48,674 nucleotides of DNA from a bacterium (GTDB lineage: Bacteria; Synergistota; GBS-1). The stretch lies in contig JASKLF010000011.1 in the NCBI GenBank assembly GCA_030153785.1, positions 1 through 48,674 of the forward strand, read 5' to 3'. The notes beneath the pieces are model-generated. The model was not told where the DNA came from. It did not search any database and was given only the letters and a program-made list of their open reading frames with translations. Below are positions 16,410 through 28,721 of this stretch, in pieces. Position 1 is the stretch's first letter; each line of letters starts with the position of its first letter. The translations under genes and the position numbers were made by a program.

Positions 16410-17459
16410 ATGAAGAAAACTTCTCTCAAGAAAGGACTTTTAGTCTTCCTTCTTATAACTTTTACCACTGCTTTTTTTGTAATTTTTTTTACCATAAGTG
16501 GAGAAACTATCAGAAACCTCTTGGAAGTAAGGAAGGAATTTCTCCTTTTAGCCTTTTTGTGCATATTTCTTTCTTGGACTTTCGAATTTTTACGTTTCAG
16601 GGAGCTTATAAGGGCAGCGGGTTGGGATATAAGCTTTCTTGATGGATTAGTGTTAGTGTGGATAAACTACTTTGGGTGTGCTGTTACTCCTCTTCAGAGC
16701 GGGGGAGGTCCCTTTCAGATATATGTCCTCTACAGAAAGAACATTCCCATCGGTATTGGGTTTGCTGTTACCCTGATAAGAACGCTGATAACCCTGATCA
16801 TACTTAGTTTTGCGGGTCCCCTGGTAATATTTACGCATCCTGAGATGACGGAGAATCCCCTTTTAAGAGGCATGATGATATATGTTACTGCTTTCCTTGT
16901 GTGCATATCTGTGCTAATTTTTATAAGCTTAAAGCGCGTTGATGTTATAAGAAAGATGGCCGTGTGGGTGGTGTTATTCTTAAACAAGCTTGGTTTTTTT
17001 AAGAGAGTTGGTCCCCGTCATGTCATAAGAAGAGTGGAGAAAGAAATAGCGCTTTATAATGAGAATTTTAGACTCCTCATTGGCAAAGAGAGAAAGCGCT
17101 TGTTTTTAGCGATTACATATAGTTTTTTTCAACTTCTGGCTCACTTTTGTGCTCTTCCTTCCATAATGTTAGGAATGGGGTTGAAGTTCGATTTGGGTAA
17201 GGTGTTGATGATTCAAGCTGTATTTTTGTTCATTCTCTATTTTGTTCCAACTCCTGGGGGAAGCGGGGTGGCCGAAGGGGGAGCCGCGATATTATTCCAC
17301 TATATTATGCCATCGCATGTAACAGGTATCATGGCGATTTTATGGAGGTTTTTTACGGACTACATACCTATAATACTGGGAGGTATAATTACACTTAAAA
17401 TCCTCGGTCTTAAAACCCTCGAAGAGGCGGTTAAACCTGGTAGGGAGAGTCTGGAATAA
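16410..17459 (+). CDS. Lysylphosphatidylglycerol-synthase TM/flippase-like membrane protein (UPF0104)
   Basis: Multiple TM helices; TPLQSGGGP, PTPGGSGVAEG, ILWRFFT motifs. Confidence 0.88.
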   Translation: MKKTSLKKGLLVFLLITFTTAFFVIFFTISGETIRNLLEVRKEFLLLAFLCIFLSWTFEFLRFRELIRAAGWDISFLDGLVLVWINYFGCAVTPLQSGGGPFQIYVLYRKNIPIGIGFAVTLIRTLITLIILSFAGPLVIFTHPEMTENPLLRGMMIYVTAFLVCISVLIFISLKRVDVIRKMAVWVVLFLNKLGFFKRVGPRHVIRRVEKEIALYNENFRLLIGKERKRLFLAITYSFFQLLAHFCALPSIMLGMGLKFDLGKVLMIQAVFLFILYFVPTPGGSGVAEGGAAILFHYIMPSHVTGIMAILWRFFTDYIPIILGGIITLKILGLKTLEEAVKPGRESLE

Positions 17460-17910
17460 GAACAGTCTTAGTATCTATTACTATTCTTTCCCCTTAGGTT
17501 TTTTGGTTCTCGAGATTTCCCCAAGAGGTTTATTTTCTTCTCGGTTTTCCACATCTCCTTTGGGCAAACCACTACCAGGAGGTTGGCTTAAGAAGATATT
17601 GGATGACTACTTCTCAAAGAAGAACCTGAATTTATTATATCCTCTTGACCTTAGCGGAGTTTCTTTGAAGTTTTTACCTATATATTCCTTCCTGTTGAAA
17701 GTTCCTCCTGGTGAAACTATAACTTATGGAGAGCTTGCGCGTTTAGCGAAAACTTCTCCACGTGCTGTAGGTATGGCCATGGCTTTCAACAGACATCTTT
17801 TGTTCATTCCTTGTCACAGAGTTGTTAAAAGCGATGGGAGTTTAGGAGGTTTCTCATCGGGAGTTCGCCTTAAAAGCTGGCTTATAGAACATGAACTTGA
17901 CAAAATTTGA
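17437..17910 (+). CDS. ogt: Methylated-DNA--protein-cysteine methyltransferase (start uncertain: CTG 17437 or TTG 17503)
   Basis: GETITYGELA, RAVG, IPCHRVV active site, LIEHE. Confidence 0.85.
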   Translation: MVGRVWNKNSLSIYYYSFPLGFLVLEISPRGLFSSRFSTSPLGKPLPGGWLKKILDDYFSKKNLNLLYPLDLSGVSLKFLPIYSFLLKVPPGETITYGELARLAKTSPRAVGMAMAFNRHLLFIPCHRVVKSDGSLGGFSSGVRLKSWLIEHELDKI

Positions 17911-17925
17911 CTTTCGTGCTAATTT
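17897..17925 (+). promoter_or_regulatory. Sigma70 promoter of hrcA-dnaK operon
   Basis: TTGACA (17897-17902), 17 nt, TAATTT (17920-17925) preceded by TG (extended -10). Confidence 0.75.
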
Positions 17926-17937
17926 TTATGATTGCTG

Positions 17938-17964
17938 TTAGCGCTCTTACGCATAGAGTGCTAA
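17938..17964 (+). promoter_or_regulatory. CIRCE element (HrcA operator), one mismatch
   Basis: TTAGCGCTC-N9-GAGTGCTAA versus consensus TTAGCACTC-N9-GAGTGCTAA. Confidence 0.93.
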
Positions 17965-17978
17965 AGAGGGTGAGGAAG

Positions 17979-19004
17979 ATGCTTACCGAAAGGCAAAAGC
18001 AAATTTTGCTTGCTGTTGTTAAAGATTATATAGAGAGTGCGGAGCCGGTGGGATCGAGGACATTATCTAAAAAATATTTCCCAAATTTAAGCCCTGCTAC
18101 CATTAGAAACGAGATGGCAGACCTTGAAGAGATGGGGTTTTTTTATCAACCCCATACCTCTGCTGGGAGGGTTCCTACAAGCAGAGCTTACAGATATTAT
18201 GTCAATGCGATATTGGATGGTGAGGAGGAGCTTTTCGTAGATGAACATCTATTTATAGAGTTTATAAATAAAACAAAAGAGGAAGTCGAATCTCTTTTAA
18301 GGAGGATAGGGAAGCTTCTTTCTAAAACTACCGATTATTTAAGCGTGGTCGTTGCTTTGAGGTCTCGGGAATGCGCTATAAAAAAGGTAGAGTTAGTGAA
18401 GTTAGATTCCATGCATGCGTTGATGATAATAGTCACAGAAGGCGGATGGATACATCACAAGGTTTTGTATCTGAGGGAAGATATAGATGTGGAAGAGCTT
18501 GAAGAGCTTGAGAGATATATAAACGAAAGGATAAGCGGTAGGGCTTTAGGAAGCCTTAATGAAAACTTGCTCAGAGAGCTTCTTAGTAGGCTTGAAGGAT
18601 ATAGAACGGTTTATTTTGAGGCTGCCCGTGCTTTAAGAGAAGTTAAAGAAAAAACGGACAAGAAAATATACCTTGAGGGCAGAACGAATATACTTAAGCT
18701 CCCAGAATTTAAGGACGTGGAGAAAATAAGGATAATTCTTGAAGTTCTTGAAGAGGAAGACTTTATGGCGAAGATGCTCACCGAAGTTTCACGTGAGGGA
18801 GATATAAGCGTAGTAATTGGAGATGAGAATCCTGTAGAAAAGATGAGAGAATGTAGTTTGGTAACGGCAAGCTATAGTCTTGGCGGGAAGATAATGGGTG
18901 TATTGGGTATAATAGGACCCACGCGTATGGATTACAAGAAAGTTATTTCAATTATGAAAGCTATGACGCAGGTATTTAGTTATTTCGAAGAGGAGGGATC
19001 TTAG
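17979..19004 (+). CDS. hrcA: Heat-inducible transcription repressor HrcA
   Basis: MLTERQKQIL, PVGSRTL, SPATIRNEMADLE, HTSAGRVP, IGPTRMDY; true start is ATG 17979 after the CIRCE. Confidence 0.97.
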   Translation: MLTERQKQILLAVVKDYIESAEPVGSRTLSKKYFPNLSPATIRNEMADLEEMGFFYQPHTSAGRVPTSRAYRYYVNAILDGEEELFVDEHLFIEFINKTKEEVESLLRRIGKLLSKTTDYLSVVVALRSRECAIKKVELVKLDSMHALMIIVTEGGWIHHKVLYLREDIDVEELEELERYINERISGRALGSLNENLLRELLSRLEGYRTVYFEAARALREVKEKTDKKIYLEGRTNILKLPEFKDVEKIRIILEVLEEEDFMAKMLTEVSREGDISVVIGDENPVEKMRECSLVTASYSLGGKIMGVLGIIGPTRMDYKKVISIMKAMTQVFSYFEEEGS

Positions 19005-19011
19005 TTAAGGA

Positions 19012-19539
19012 ATGAAGCTGATTCGTGGAAAGCCCAGCAAAAAGGAGTATAAGGAGCTAATCAAAAGAGTTAAAGAACTTGAAGAGGAAAAGTTAGAGAT
19101 GAGGAAGCTCATAGACGGTTACAGAAATATGTTAGCGAAGATGCAGATAGATTTCGATAATTTTCGGAAGCGCGTTGAAAGAGATAGGGAGCTTGAGCGA
19201 GCTATGGCTTCTGAGCGAATAATAAGAGAATTGCTACCTATCATTGATAACCTTGAGCATGCAGTTAACGCTAGTATTAATTCTAGCAATAACGATGGAC
19301 TTATCGATGGGGTTAAGATGATTTTAAGGCAGTTTTTGAATACCCTTTCCAAGGAAGGACTTGAAGTTGTGCCAACCGTTGGTAGCGAGTTTAACCCGTC
19401 TATTCATGAAGCGGTGGAAGTTGTTCCTGTTGATAGTGACGATGATGATGGAAAAGTGGTTTCGGAAGTTAGAAAGGGATATACTTTAGGAGGCAGGGTT
19501 ATAAGGCCTGCCTTGGTGAAAGTTGGGAAGAAGGGGTGA
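19012..19539 (+). CDS. grpE: Nucleotide exchange factor GrpE
   Basis: [40 protein letters not shown]. Confidence 0.96.
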   Translation: MKLIRGKPSKKEYKELIKRVKELEEEKLEMRKLIDGYRNMLAKMQIDFDNFRKRVERDRELERAMASERIIRELLPIIDNLEHAVNASINSSNNDGLIDGVKMILRQFLNTLSKEGLEVVPTVGSEFNPSIHEAVEVVPVDSDDDDGKVVSEVRKGYTLGGRVIRPALVKVGKKG

Positions 19540-19544
19540 TGGGG

Positions 19545-21383
19545 ATGGTAAGCAAAGAAAAGGTTGTTGGAATTGATCTTGGAACCACTAACTCTGTTAT
19601 AGCAGTGGTTGAAGGTGGGCAGCCCATAGTTATACCCAATGCAGAAGGTAGTAGAATAACTCCCTCTGTCGTTGCCTTTACCAAGGATGGGCAACGGCTT
19701 GTGGGACAGCTTGCTAAAAGGCAAGCCATAGTAAACCCTGAGAGGACTATAGTTTCCATAAAACGCAAAATGGGAACTGACCATAAAGTGGTTATAGACG
19801 GCAAGGCTTATACTCCTCAGGAGATCTCCGCGATGATCCTTCAAAAGCTCAAGCAGGATGCGGAGGCCTATCTCGGCGTTCCTATAAGAAAGGCCGTCAT
19901 AACTGTTCCCGCTTATTTCACCGATGCTCAGAGACAGGCTACTAAGGATGCTGGCACCATAGCGGGACTTGAAGTTCTGAGAATAATAAACGAGCCTACC
20001 GCTTCCGCTTTAGCCTATGGCCTTGACAAGGAAGGAGAGCAGACGATACTGGTTTTCGACCTTGGCGGTGGAACCTTTGATGTTTCTATCCTTGAGGTAG
20101 GAGATGGAGTTTTTGAAGTCAAAGCCACTTGTGGAGACAACCACCTTGGAGGAGATGACTGGGATCAGAGGATAATTGACTGGCTCGTTGAAGAATTTAA
20201 AAAGGAGACGGGCATAGACCTGAGGAATGATAGGATGGCTATGCAGAGGTTAAAAGAGGCTGCTGAAAAGGCGAAAATAGAACTTTCCTCAATGGTCGAA
20301 ACTATAATAAGCTTACCTTTTATAGCTGCCGATCATACGGGACCGAAGCATCTTGAAAGAACCTTGACAAGGGCTAAGTTCGAGGAGATGACCTATGACT
20401 TAGTTGAAAGACTAGTGGGTCCCACTTTAAGAGCTTTGGAAGATGCGAAACTTTCTCCTTCAGATATAAGCAAGGTTCTCTTGGTTGGTGGATCTACAAG
20501 GATGCCTATGGTTCAAAGGAAGGTTAAGGAGCTTTTGGGTAAGGAGCCTTCCAAGGAGATTAACCCTGACGAGTGCGTTGCAATAGGTGCTGCTATTCAA
20601 GCTGCCATACTTGCGGGTGAAGTCAGGGATGTTGTTTTAGTTGATGTAACACCTTTGTCCCTTGGTATAGAAACCTTGGGAGGAGTTTTCACAAAAATAA
20701 TAGAAAGGAATACTCCTATTCCTGTTTCTAAGAGCCAGATATTTACAACGGCTGCTGATAACCAGACATCAGTTGAAATACACGTGCTTCAAGGTGAGAG
20801 ACCTATGGCTGCTGATAATGTTTCTTTAGGAAGGTTTATTTTGACGGGTATACCTCCGGCACCAAGAGGCGTTCCTCAGATAGAGGTAACCTTTAACATT
20901 GATGTTAATGGTATACTTCAAGTTTCTGCGAAAGACCTTGCAACGGGAAAGCAGCAGGCTATAACTATAAAGTCTACGCGTCTCTCTGAAGCTGAGATAG
21001 AGAGGATGAGGAAAGAAGCCGAGATGTATGCTGAGGAAGATAGGAAGAAGAAGGAGCTTGCCGAAGCTCGGAATCAGGCTGATAGCTTGATTTATTCAAC
21101 TGAAAAGACGATGAAAGATTTCGGAGATAAAATCACAGATGCTGAAAAAGAGGAGCTTAATAGAGCTATAGAGGATCTTCGTTCCAAGATGAGCGGTAAC
21201 GATATAGAGGCAATAAAGAGGGCGATGGAGGAGCTTACTAACAGGCTCCATAAGGTTACCTCAAGGCTTTACTCAAGTGGAGCTCAATCTCAAGCTCAGG
21301 GAACTCAGGGAGCACAGGGGGCCGAGAACACGGGTAATACTATAGATGCCAATTTCAGGGAGGCAAGTGGTGGTAGTCAGTAA
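19545..21383 (+). CDS. dnaK: Chaperone DnaK
   Basis: [36 protein letters not shown]; start 19536-19545. Confidence 0.99.
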   Translation: MVSKEKVVGIDLGTTNSVIAVVEGGQPIVIPNAEGSRITPSVVAFTKDGQRLVGQLAKRQAIVNPERTIVSIKRKMGTDHKVVIDGKAYTPQEISAMILQKLKQDAEAYLGVPIRKAVITVPAYFTDAQRQATKDAGTIAGLEVLRIINEPTASALAYGLDKEGEQTILVFDLGGGTFDVSILEVGDGVFEVKATCGDNHLGGDDWDQRIIDWLVEEFKKETGIDLRNDRMAMQRLKEAAEKAKIELSSMVETIISLPFIAADHTGPKHLERTLTRAKFEEMTYDLVERLVGPTLRALEDAKLSPSDISKVLLVGGSTRMPMVQRKVKELLGKEPSKEINPDECVAIGAAIQAAILAGEVRDVVLVDVTPLSLGIETLGGVFTKIIERNTPIPVSKSQIFTTAADNQTSVEIHVLQGERPMAADNVSLGRFILTGIPPAPRGVPQIEVTFNIDVNGILQVSAKDLATGKQQAITIKSTRLSEAEIERMRKEAEMYAEEDRKKKELAEARNQADSLIYSTEKTMKDFGDKITDAEKEELNRAIEDLRSKMSGNDIEAIKRAMEELTNRLHKVTSRLYSSGAQSQAQGTQGAQGAENTGNTIDANFREASGGSQ

Positions 21384-22519
21384 TGAAGGATTATTACGAA
21401 ATTCTTGGTGTCCCTCGGAATGCCTCTCAGGAGGAGATCAAAAAAGCATATAGGAAACTTGTAAGACAGTATCATCCAGACCTTAACAAAAATAATCCGG
21501 AGGCGGAGAAAAAGTTTAAAGAGATAAATGAAGCTTATGAGGTTTTAAGCGATCCTGAAAAAAGGGCAAAGTATGATAAATATGGTCATGTAGGTGGAGA
21601 TTTTAGACCGCCTCCGGGCGGTGGTTTTGATTTTGATTTTGGTGGGTTCGATTTTGGATTTGACCCCTTTGAGGATATATTTGAGAGGTTCTTTGGTGGT
21701 GGTTTTAGAAGAAAAACAGAAGATTTAGGGCCTAAAAGGGGGGCAGACCTTGAAATGCCCCTCGAGATAACCCTCGAGGAAGCCTTTAGGGGTGGAGAGA
21801 AGGAAATAAGCGTTCCTCGCTGGCGGGTTTGTTCCTCCTGCGGAGGTACTGGTTCTGCTCCAGGAACATCTCCTCGGACTTGTCCTTACTGTCATGGGAC
21901 GGGGAGGATAGAGGAGAGACGTTCAAGCATATTTGGTGAGTTTATAAGCGTTCGAACATGTCCTCATTGTGGCGGTAAAGGAACGGTTATAGATAAACCT
22001 TGTCCTGCTTGTAATGGTAGTGGTAGGGTAAGGGAATGGCGGAAAATATTCGTTAACATACCGAGAGGTGTAGATACGGGGACCCGTTTAAGAATCCCCG
22101 GAGAGGGGGAATTAGGGGAAAGAGGAGGTCCCCCGGGCGACCTCTTCTTGATTATTAATGTAAAACCTCACCCCTTATTTGAAAGGAGAGGACGGGATCT
22201 CTATTATAAGCTTAAACTATCTTTTCCTGAGCTTGCTCTTGGAACTGTTGTGGAAGTTCCAACGATAGATGGGGATTCAGTGGAACTGAAGGTTCCACCT
22301 GGGACTCAGGTAGGAGAGGTTTTTAGAATAGCGAAGAGGGGAATGCCTAACCTTGATGGCAGAGGAAGGGGAAGCATGTTCGTTGAGGTTAGCTTAGAGG
22401 TGCCTTCTAAGCTAACCGAAAGACAGAAGGATCTCTTAAGGGAGTTTGCAAAGGAAAGCGGGATAAAGGTAAACGAGGGATTAAGCTTTTTTCAGAGGTT
22501 TAAAAAGGGATTTGGATGA
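21383..22519 (+). CDS. dnaJ: Chaperone DnaJ
   Basis: J-domain HPD, G/F region, four CxxCxGxG repeats. Confidence 0.99.
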   Translation: MKDYYEILGVPRNASQEEIKKAYRKLVRQYHPDLNKNNPEAEKKFKEINEAYEVLSDPEKRAKYDKYGHVGGDFRPPPGGGFDFDFGGFDFGFDPFEDIFERFFGGGFRRKTEDLGPKRGADLEMPLEITLEEAFRGGEKEISVPRWRVCSSCGGTGSAPGTSPRTCPYCHGTGRIEERRSSIFGEFISVRTCPHCGGKGTVIDKPCPACNGSGRVREWRKIFVNIPRGVDTGTRLRIPGEGELGERGGPPGDLFLIINVKPHPLFERRGRDLYYKLKLSFPELALGTVVEVPTIDGDSVELKVPPGTQVGEVFRIAKRGMPNLDGRGRGSMFVEVSLEVPSKLTERQKDLLREFAKESGIKVNEGLSFFQRFKKGFG

Positions 22520-23325
22520 TGAAGTGGTATTATCTTGATATCTATGGAGAAAGCGAAGCGGAGCTTTTTGAAAAGGTGGCATCGATGGGGCTAACGGGGG
22601 TGAGCTTTCCAAGGGAGGAAGGAGCTCACCTTCGTATTTATTTCCACTCCTTGAAAGAAAGGGAGATGGTAATCAAGGCTCTTTACGGCTCCTTCGATTT
22701 TGAAGTTGGTGAGGAAGACGACAAGGATTGGGTCCGTCAGGTGGAGGAGGGATATGAGCCCGTCAGGGCAGGTAGATTTGTGGTTGTCCCCACGAATTTA
22801 ACTCCCCTTTTCATTAAGCCGGGTATGGCTTTTGGGACAGGATATCACTCCTCTACCAGGATAGCCTTAAAGCTTATAGATAGCGAAGTAAACGGTAGCT
22901 TTAAAAAGTCGGTAGACTTAGGATGTGGTAGTGGGATACTCTCTATAGCCCTTTATAGAAAGGGGATAAAGCCCATATTTGCCGTGGATAATGATCCTCT
23001 GGCTTTGAAGGAAACCAAGGAAAATCTTGAAAGGAATGGCATAAATAGTGGTGTTTATGTTGTAGGAGGAGACCTTTTAAGCTTTTTTAAAGCGGGAGTC
23101 AAGTTTGATCTTGTGGTTGCTAACCTTGTTTTACCTATTTTTGAAACGTGTTTGAGCGAGATAGCTGGACACATGGAAAGTAATGGTCTTTTTGTAGCTT
23201 CTGGTATCACCGTTGCCGAAAGAAGTCACTTCTTGGATCTTCTTGAAGCCAATTCTTTTAAAATAGTAGCCCTCTTAGAGGAGGATGGCTGGATTGGAAC
23301 GGCGGCGGTTTTTCGCGGAAATTAG
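22516..23325 (+). CDS. prmA: Ribosomal protein L11 methyltransferase
   Basis: [27 protein letters not shown]; canonical position after dnaJ. Confidence 0.92.
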   Translation: MMKWYYLDIYGESEAELFEKVASMGLTGVSFPREEGAHLRIYFHSLKEREMVIKALYGSFDFEVGEEDDKDWVRQVEEGYEPVRAGRFVVVPTNLTPLFIKPGMAFGTGYHSSTRIALKLIDSEVNGSFKKSVDLGCGSGILSIALYRKGIKPIFAVDNDPLALKETKENLERNGINSGVYVVGGDLLSFFKAGVKFDLVVANLVLPIFETCLSEIAGHMESNGLFVASGITVAERSHFLDLLEANSFKIVALLEEDGWIGTAAVFRGN

Positions 23326-24007
23326 CAACGGGTATGCTTGGATTCGTGGCGAGGAGGCATACCACCTTTCCGTAGTTCTCCGCCTTAAAGAGGGAGACAT
23401 GGTTGAGCTTCTAACTTCGGAGGGAATATGGATAGGGCAGATAGTAGAGGTTTTAAAGGGCGAGGTTAAGGTATCATTGTTGGAGAGGAAAAAGGTTGAA
23501 GCCTTGCCCTTTGATGTTCTTTTGTTTCAAGGAGTAACGAAAGGCAAAAGGATAGATTGGCTGGTTCAAAAGGCAGCTGAGCTTGGTTGTAAGGCTTTTT
23601 ACCCTATGGTAACAAGATATACTGTGGTGAGCGAAGTTGGAGATGAAAAACTAAAAAGGTGGAGGAAAATTTCACAAGAAGCGTCGAAACAATGTGGTAG
23701 ACCCGATGTTATGGAGGTAATGGAACCCATAAGCTTTGAAGAGGCTATAACTCTTTCGCAACAGATAGAGGGCTTGAAGGTAGCCCCATGTCTAAGGGGA
23801 TCTCCGATACCTTTAAGGGAGGTTCTTCTAAAGGAGAGGAAAAATAAAGTTTTATTTTTTATAGGCCCCGAAGGCGGTTTTTCTCCGGAGGAGGTTGCCT
23901 CTTTAATTTCTTCGGGTTTTAAAACGGTTACCTTAGGGCCCTATATTTTGAAGAGTGAGACAGCCTCTTTAATGGTTTTAAGCACTCTCTTGGCGCTTTG
24001 GGGTTGA
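23285..24007 (+). CDS. rsmE: 16S rRNA m3U1498 methyltransferase
   Basis: HLSVVLRL, QKAAELG, EASKQCGR, IGPEGGF, LGPYILKSETA. Confidence 0.95.
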   Translation: MAGLERRRFFAEISNGYAWIRGEEAYHLSVVLRLKEGDMVELLTSEGIWIGQIVEVLKGEVKVSLLERKKVEALPFDVLLFQGVTKGKRIDWLVQKAAELGCKAFYPMVTRYTVVSEVGDEKLKRWRKISQEASKQCGRPDVMEVMEPISFEEAITLSQQIEGLKVAPCLRGSPIPLREVLLKERKNKVLFFIGPEGGFSPEEVASLISSGFKTVTLGPYILKSETASLMVLSTLLALWG

Positions 24008-24011
24008 TGTA

Positions 24012-25220
24012 ATGAAGGCCTATCTTTTTTATTTAGGTTGCAGGGTAAATCAGTCTGAAGTGGAGGGAATTGCTTCGAAGTTAAGAGAGATTGGTTATGA
24101 TATTGTTGATTCTCCTGAAGAAGCGGAGTTAATCGTATTCAATACTTGTGCCGTTACGAAGGAGGCTGAAAGGAAAAGCAGACAATATATAAGGAGACTT
24201 AGAAGGGCTAACCCAAAGGCAAGGCTTGTTGTTACCGGCTGCTATGCTGAGCTCGTTGGAGAGGGACTCGTTGAGCTTGGAGCTGATGTGGTTCTGGGCA
24301 ATAAGGAAAAGGCTAAAATTGTGGGTGGAAACTTTTCCTCCTTTTTTCCGATTGAAGAGAGGCTTTCTTACCATTCAAGACCTTTCGTTAAGGTCCAAGA
24401 CGGGTGTGATGCTAACTGTAGTTACTGTATTATAAGAGTTCTTAGAGGAAAGAGCCTTTCCCGGCCTGTTCAAGAAGTAGTTGCTGAAGTCCAAAAGCTA
24501 ATATCCTTAGGATATGATGAGATAACGATAGTTGGCGTTCATCTTGGAAGTTATGGAAGGGATATCGGAAGTAGCTTGAAGGAGCTAGTAGAAAATCTCC
24601 TTCGTATTAAGAACTTGAAGCTTCTTCGGTTTGGTTCCATTGAGCCCTTTGATATAACGGACGATTTCATTGAGCTTTATAGAAGATTTGATAACCTTGC
24701 TCCTCATCTTCATCTTCCTCTTCAAAGCGGGAGCGATAGAATCCTTTCGTTAATGAGAAGGCCTTATAACTCGCAAAAATATCTTGAGCTTGTCGCTAAG
24801 CTTAGGGAGATAAGAGATGATTTTAACATCACAACCGATATAATGGTGGGATTCCCGACCGAGTCTGAAGAAGATTTCTTAGAAACCGTTGAAATGATTG
24901 AAAAAGTTAACTTCGGCAGAGTTCATCTCTTTAGTTATTCGCCGAGAAAAGGAACAGATGCCTTTGCCCTTCCGAGAGTGCCTGAAGAGGTTATTGAGAA
25001 AAGGATGGGGGTTCTTAAAAATAAAGCTGCCGAAAGCGCCCTTAAATTTAACCGGAATTTTTTAGGAAAAGCTTTAGATGCTCTGATTTTGGAGAATGGA
25101 AAAGCCCTTCTTCCTCACTATGTTGAAGTTTTATTGTCTGGGGATATTCCTAAAAAAAGATGGGTTAAGGTATTAATCGAAAGGGCAAGTCCTTCTGGCC
25201 TTAGTGGTAGGGTTTTATAG
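24012..25220 (+). CDS. mtaB: tRNA t6A37 methylthiotransferase MtaB (MiaB/RimO family radical SAM)
   Basis: [33 protein letters not shown]; dnaJ-prmA-rsmE-mtaB synteny. Confidence 0.9.
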   Translation: MKAYLFYLGCRVNQSEVEGIASKLREIGYDIVDSPEEAELIVFNTCAVTKEAERKSRQYIRRLRRANPKARLVVTGCYAELVGEGLVELGADVVLGNKEKAKIVGGNFSSFFPIEERLSYHSRPFVKVQDGCDANCSYCIIRVLRGKSLSRPVQEVVAEVQKLISLGYDEITIVGVHLGSYGRDIGSSLKELVENLLRIKNLKLLRFGSIEPFDITDDFIELYRRFDNLAPHLHLPLQSGSDRILSLMRRPYNSQKYLELVAKLREIRDDFNITTDIMVGFPTESEEDFLETVEMIEKVNFGRVHLFSYSPRKGTDAFALPRVPEEVIEKRMGVLKNKAAESALKFNRNFLGKALDALILENGKALLPHYVEVLLSGDIPKKRWVKVLIERASPSGLSGRVL

Positions 25221-25294
25221 GTTTTTGTGTTAAAATAGCTTTGGTTATAGGTTGTATCATATACAAGAAGGGGTTTGTGGGGAGGGACTTTGTA

Positions 25295-27781
25295 ATGGAG
25301 GCGTATGACTTTAGAGCTATAGAAGCTAAGTGGCAAAAGTATTGGGAAGAAAATAAGGTTTTTAAATGTGATAGGGATCCTTCAAAGAAAAAGTATTATG
25401 TTTTGGAGATGTTTCCCTATCCATCGGGTGCTTTACATATGGGGCACTTAAGGAATTATGCCATAGGGGATGTAGTGGCGCGCTTTTTAAGAATGAATGG
25501 CTACAATGTTCTTCATCCGATGGGGTGGGATGCCTTTGGTTTGCCTGCTGAGAACGCCGCTTTGAAATCGGGTGTTCACCCTCATGACTGGACCTGGAAA
25601 AACATAAATCACATGAGGAAACAGCTTAAGGAAATGGGGGCTAGCTATGATTGGGATAGGGAGATAGCAACTTGCTCTCCCGATTACTATAAGTGGACTC
25701 AGTGGCTATTTCTTCTTTTCTTCAAAAATGGACTGGCTTATAAGAAGGAGGCTCCTGTTAATTGGTGCCCCAGTTGTAAAACGGTCTTGGCCAATGAACA
25801 GGTTGAGGGTGGAAGGTGCTGGAGATGTGGTTCCTTGGTTCAGAAAAGGAAGCTTAATCAATGGTTTCTTAAGATAACGGCTTACGCTGATGAGCTTTTA
25901 GAATCTTTGGATGAACTTGAGGGGTGGCCTGAGAAGGTTAAGGCTATGCAAAGGAACTGGATAGGAAAAAGCTGGGGGGTTGAAACCTTCTTTGAGATAG
26001 AGGAGTTGAGTAGGAAGGTCTATATCTTTACTACGAGAATTGACACGATCTATGGTGCTACCTTTTTGGCCTTGGCACCTGAACACCCTTTGGTAGATGA
26101 AATAATAAAGGTTTCTCCTATTGGGGATAGGATAAAAGCTTTTGTAGAGGATGTAATGAGGGAGAGTGAGATAGAAAGGGGAGCCCTTGGAAGAGAGAAG
26201 AAGGGCATATTTACAGGATTTTATGCTAAAAACCCGTTTAATGGGGAAAGGGTTCCTGTTTGGATAGCGGACTATGTTCTGATGGAGTATGGCACTGGAG
26301 CTATAATGGGAGTTCCCGCTCATGATCAGAGGGATTTCGAATTTGCTAAGCAATATAACCTTCCGATAAAGGTCGTTATAAATCCGATTGATAAAGAGCT
26401 TCCAGAAGAGCTTCAGGAAGCCTATGAAGGTGACGGCGTGATGGTAAACTCTGGTCCATGGTCTGGGCTTCCGAACAGAGAGGGCATTGAAAAAATGGCT
26501 GAGTGGCTTAAAGAAAGAGGACTCGGTGAAAAGAAGGTCAACTATAGATTGAGAGACTGGCTTATATCGAGACAGAGATATTGGGGTGCTCCTATTCCAG
26601 TAGTGTATTGTGAAAGCTGTGGTATAGTTCCCGTTCCAGAAGAGGAGCTTCCCGTGCTTCTTCCCCTTGATGTAAACGTTCTTGAAGGCGGAGCAACCCC
26701 GCTTCCTTATCATGAGGATTTTGTAAATACTAAGTGTCCTAAATGTGGTGGCGCTGCAAAGCGGGAAACCGACACGATGGATACATTTATCTGTTCTTCG
26801 TGGTATTATTTGAGGTTTACGAGCCCTTGGACCGATAAAGCTCCCTTTGAGCAAGAGGATGTGGATTACTGGATGCCCGTGGATCAATACATTGGGGGAG
26901 TGGAGCATGCTATACTCCATCTTCTTTATTCAAGGTTCTTCACAAAGTTCCTCGCTGATCAAGGATTAGTGAAGTTCAGAGAGCCTTTTAAAAACCTTTT
27001 GACTCAGGGAATGGTTATTAAAGATGGTGCTAAGATGTCCAAGTCCCTTGGTAATGTGGTTGATCCTGATGAGATAATGAAAAAGTTTGGTGCTGATACA
27101 GCAAGACTTTTCATACTTTTCGCTTCTCCCCCTGAAAAAGACCTCGAATGGAGCGATAGAGGAGTAGAGGGTTGTCACAGGTTCTTAAACAGGGTTTGGA
27201 AACTCGTTACTGAGAGAGTTGATGAACTCAAGCGTTTATCTAATGATTACCTCCCCATTTCTAAGATTCAAGATAAGAGAACGAGGGATCTCAAGAGGAA
27301 GATACACAAGACGATTCAAAAAGTTACTGAAGATATAAAAGATAGATTTCACTTTAATACTGCGATAAGTGCTTTAATGGAGCTCTCTAATGAGCTTTGC
27401 GACTTTGAAGTTAAAGGTGAGGAAGACTTAAGGGTGTTTAAAGAGGGGGTCGAAGCTTTAATAGTGATGCTTTATCCTTTTACTCCTCATATATGTGAGG
27501 AGCTTTGGCAGAGGCTTGGTCATCCGAACTCCTTGGCTTATCATCCGTGGCTATCTCCAGAGGAGGAAGCTCTTCAGGAGGAAGAGGTCAACATAGTGAT
27601 TCAAATAAATGGAAAGGTGAGAGGAAGCGTAAGGGTTCCTGCAGGCTTGTCAGAGGAAGAAATTAAAAGGCTTGTTCTTGAGAGTGATGTGGTTAAAAAG
27701 AGAATAAGTGACAAGAAAATTGAAAAAGTACTTTTAGTGCCTGGTAGACTTGTTAGTATAGTGACCGATGACAAAGCTTAA
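25295..27781 (+). CDS. leuS: Leucine--tRNA ligase
   Basis: [13 protein letters not shown] (HIGH), KMSKS, editing domain [19 protein letters not shown] 25295 follows a GGAGGG SD. Confidence 0.98.
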   Translation: MEAYDFRAIEAKWQKYWEENKVFKCDRDPSKKKYYVLEMFPYPSGALHMGHLRNYAIGDVVARFLRMNGYNVLHPMGWDAFGLPAENAALKSGVHPHDWTWKNINHMRKQLKEMGASYDWDREIATCSPDYYKWTQWLFLLFFKNGLAYKKEAPVNWCPSCKTVLANEQVEGGRCWRCGSLVQKRKLNQWFLKITAYADELLESLDELEGWPEKVKAMQRNWIGKSWGVETFFEIEELSRKVYIFTTRIDTIYGATFLALAPEHPLVDEIIKVSPIGDRIKAFVEDVMRESEIERGALGREKKGIFTGFYAKNPFNGERVPVWIADYVLMEYGTGAIMGVPAHDQRDFEFAKQYNLPIKVVINPIDKELPEELQEAYEGDGVMVNSGPWSGLPNREGIEKMAEWLKERGLGEKKVNYRLRDWLISRQRYWGAPIPVVYCESCGIVPVPEEELPVLLPLDVNVLEGGATPLPYHEDFVNTKCPKCGGAAKRETDTMDTFICSSWYYLRFTSPWTDKAPFEQEDVDYWMPVDQYIGGVEHAILHLLYSRFFTKFLADQGLVKFREPFKNLLTQGMVIKDGAKMSKSLGNVVDPDEIMKKFGADTARLFILFASPPEKDLEWSDRGVEGCHRFLNRVWKLVTERVDELKRLSNDYLPISKIQDKRTRDLKRKIHKTIQKVTEDIKDRFHFNTAISALMELSNELCDFEVKGEEDLRVFKEGVEALIVMLYPFTPHICEELWQRLGHPNSLAYHPWLSPEEEALQEEEVNIVIQINGKVRGSVRVPAGLSEEEIKRLVLESDVVKKRISDKKIEKVLLVPGRLVSIVTDDKA

Positions 27782-28721
27782 GCCGGTATTTTTCTTGATT
27801 TGCAAGGATGAAGCGCTTGTTCAGAAATGGATAGAAAAAAATGCCCAGGGGGTAGAAGATATATCCTTTTGGGATGGGAAAGAAGCCTCTTGGTCTAAAC
27901 TCTATGAAGAGGGAAGGGCTGTCTCACTTTTTTCTCCAAGGAGGCTGATAGTGGTTAGAAATGCCGAAGAGATAGAAAAGGAAGGAGAGGAGCTGTTTTT
28001 AAAATATCTGTCCTATCCTAATCCGAATGTTTTCTTTCTATTGGTTGGGGAATCTCTTCCTTCTTCAGGTGCCGTGTTTAAGCTGTTATTCCAGAAGAAG
28101 CTTTACGCGGAGTTGAAAAAACCGGGTGGGAGAAATCTTCACAGATGGATAGAAGAAGAGGTTAGAAATCGTGGGAAAAGGATAAGTAAGGACGCGGTCC
28201 TTATTTTAGCTGAAAGGTTTTCGGAAGACCTTGAAATTTTGGAATCTGAGATAGAGAAGCTTATTCTTTATATCGGGGATAAAAGGGAAATAACGAAAGA
28301 GGATGTGGTAGAAGCGTCTTCCACTATAATAGAAGTTTCTCCCTTTGAGTTGTTGGATGCCCTTTTTGAAAGAGATGGATTTAAGTTCTTGAAAAGCTTG
28401 GAAAGGAGTTTTCTAATGAAAGAACCACCTGTGAAGCTGGTTGCTACTGTGGGGAAATATATAAGAATAATGCTTTTCTTGGCTATGGAGCCTTCGCTTG
28501 AGGATCTTATATTGAAGGGGATGCATCCCTTTTTTGCAAGCAAGATCAAAAAAGGGGCATCTTCTTATGCCCCCTTAGATCTTTCTATTTCCTATGAGAG
28601 ACTGTCTCTCGTTGATGACCGAATTAAAAAAGGTAGGGGAAACCCCTATGACTTGATTATATGGGCGGTTTCCCCTCTCTTTATGGAGAAGAAGGAGCTT
28701 CGGAAACGAGAGCCGCTTTAA
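27768..28721 (+). CDS. holA: DNA polymerase III delta subunit
   Basis: [36 protein letters not shown]; adjacent to leuS and rpsT. Confidence 0.88.
   Translation: MTKLKPVFFLICKDEALVQKWIEKNAQGVEDISFWDGKEASWSKLYEEGRAVSLFSPRRLIVVRNAEEIEKEGEELFLKYLSYPNPNVFFLLVGESLPSSGAVFKLLFQKKLYAELKKPGGRNLHRWIEEEVRNRGKRISKDAVLILAERFSEDLEILESEIEKLILYIGDKREITKEDVVEASSTIIEVSPFELLDALFERDGFKFLKSLERSFLMKEPPVKLVATVGKYIRIMLFLAMEPSLEDLILKGMHPFFASKIKKGASSYAPLDLSISYERLSLVDDRIKKGRGNPYDLIIWAVSPLFMEKKELRKREPL

Noticed and set aside
17907..17978. N-terminal extension of HrcA in the ORF track
   Set aside because: It spans the promoter and CIRCE; the conserved start MLTERQ is at 17979.
25898..26920. 340-aa minus-strand ORF
   Set aside because: Entirely antisense to leuS with no recognisable motifs; a shadow ORF.
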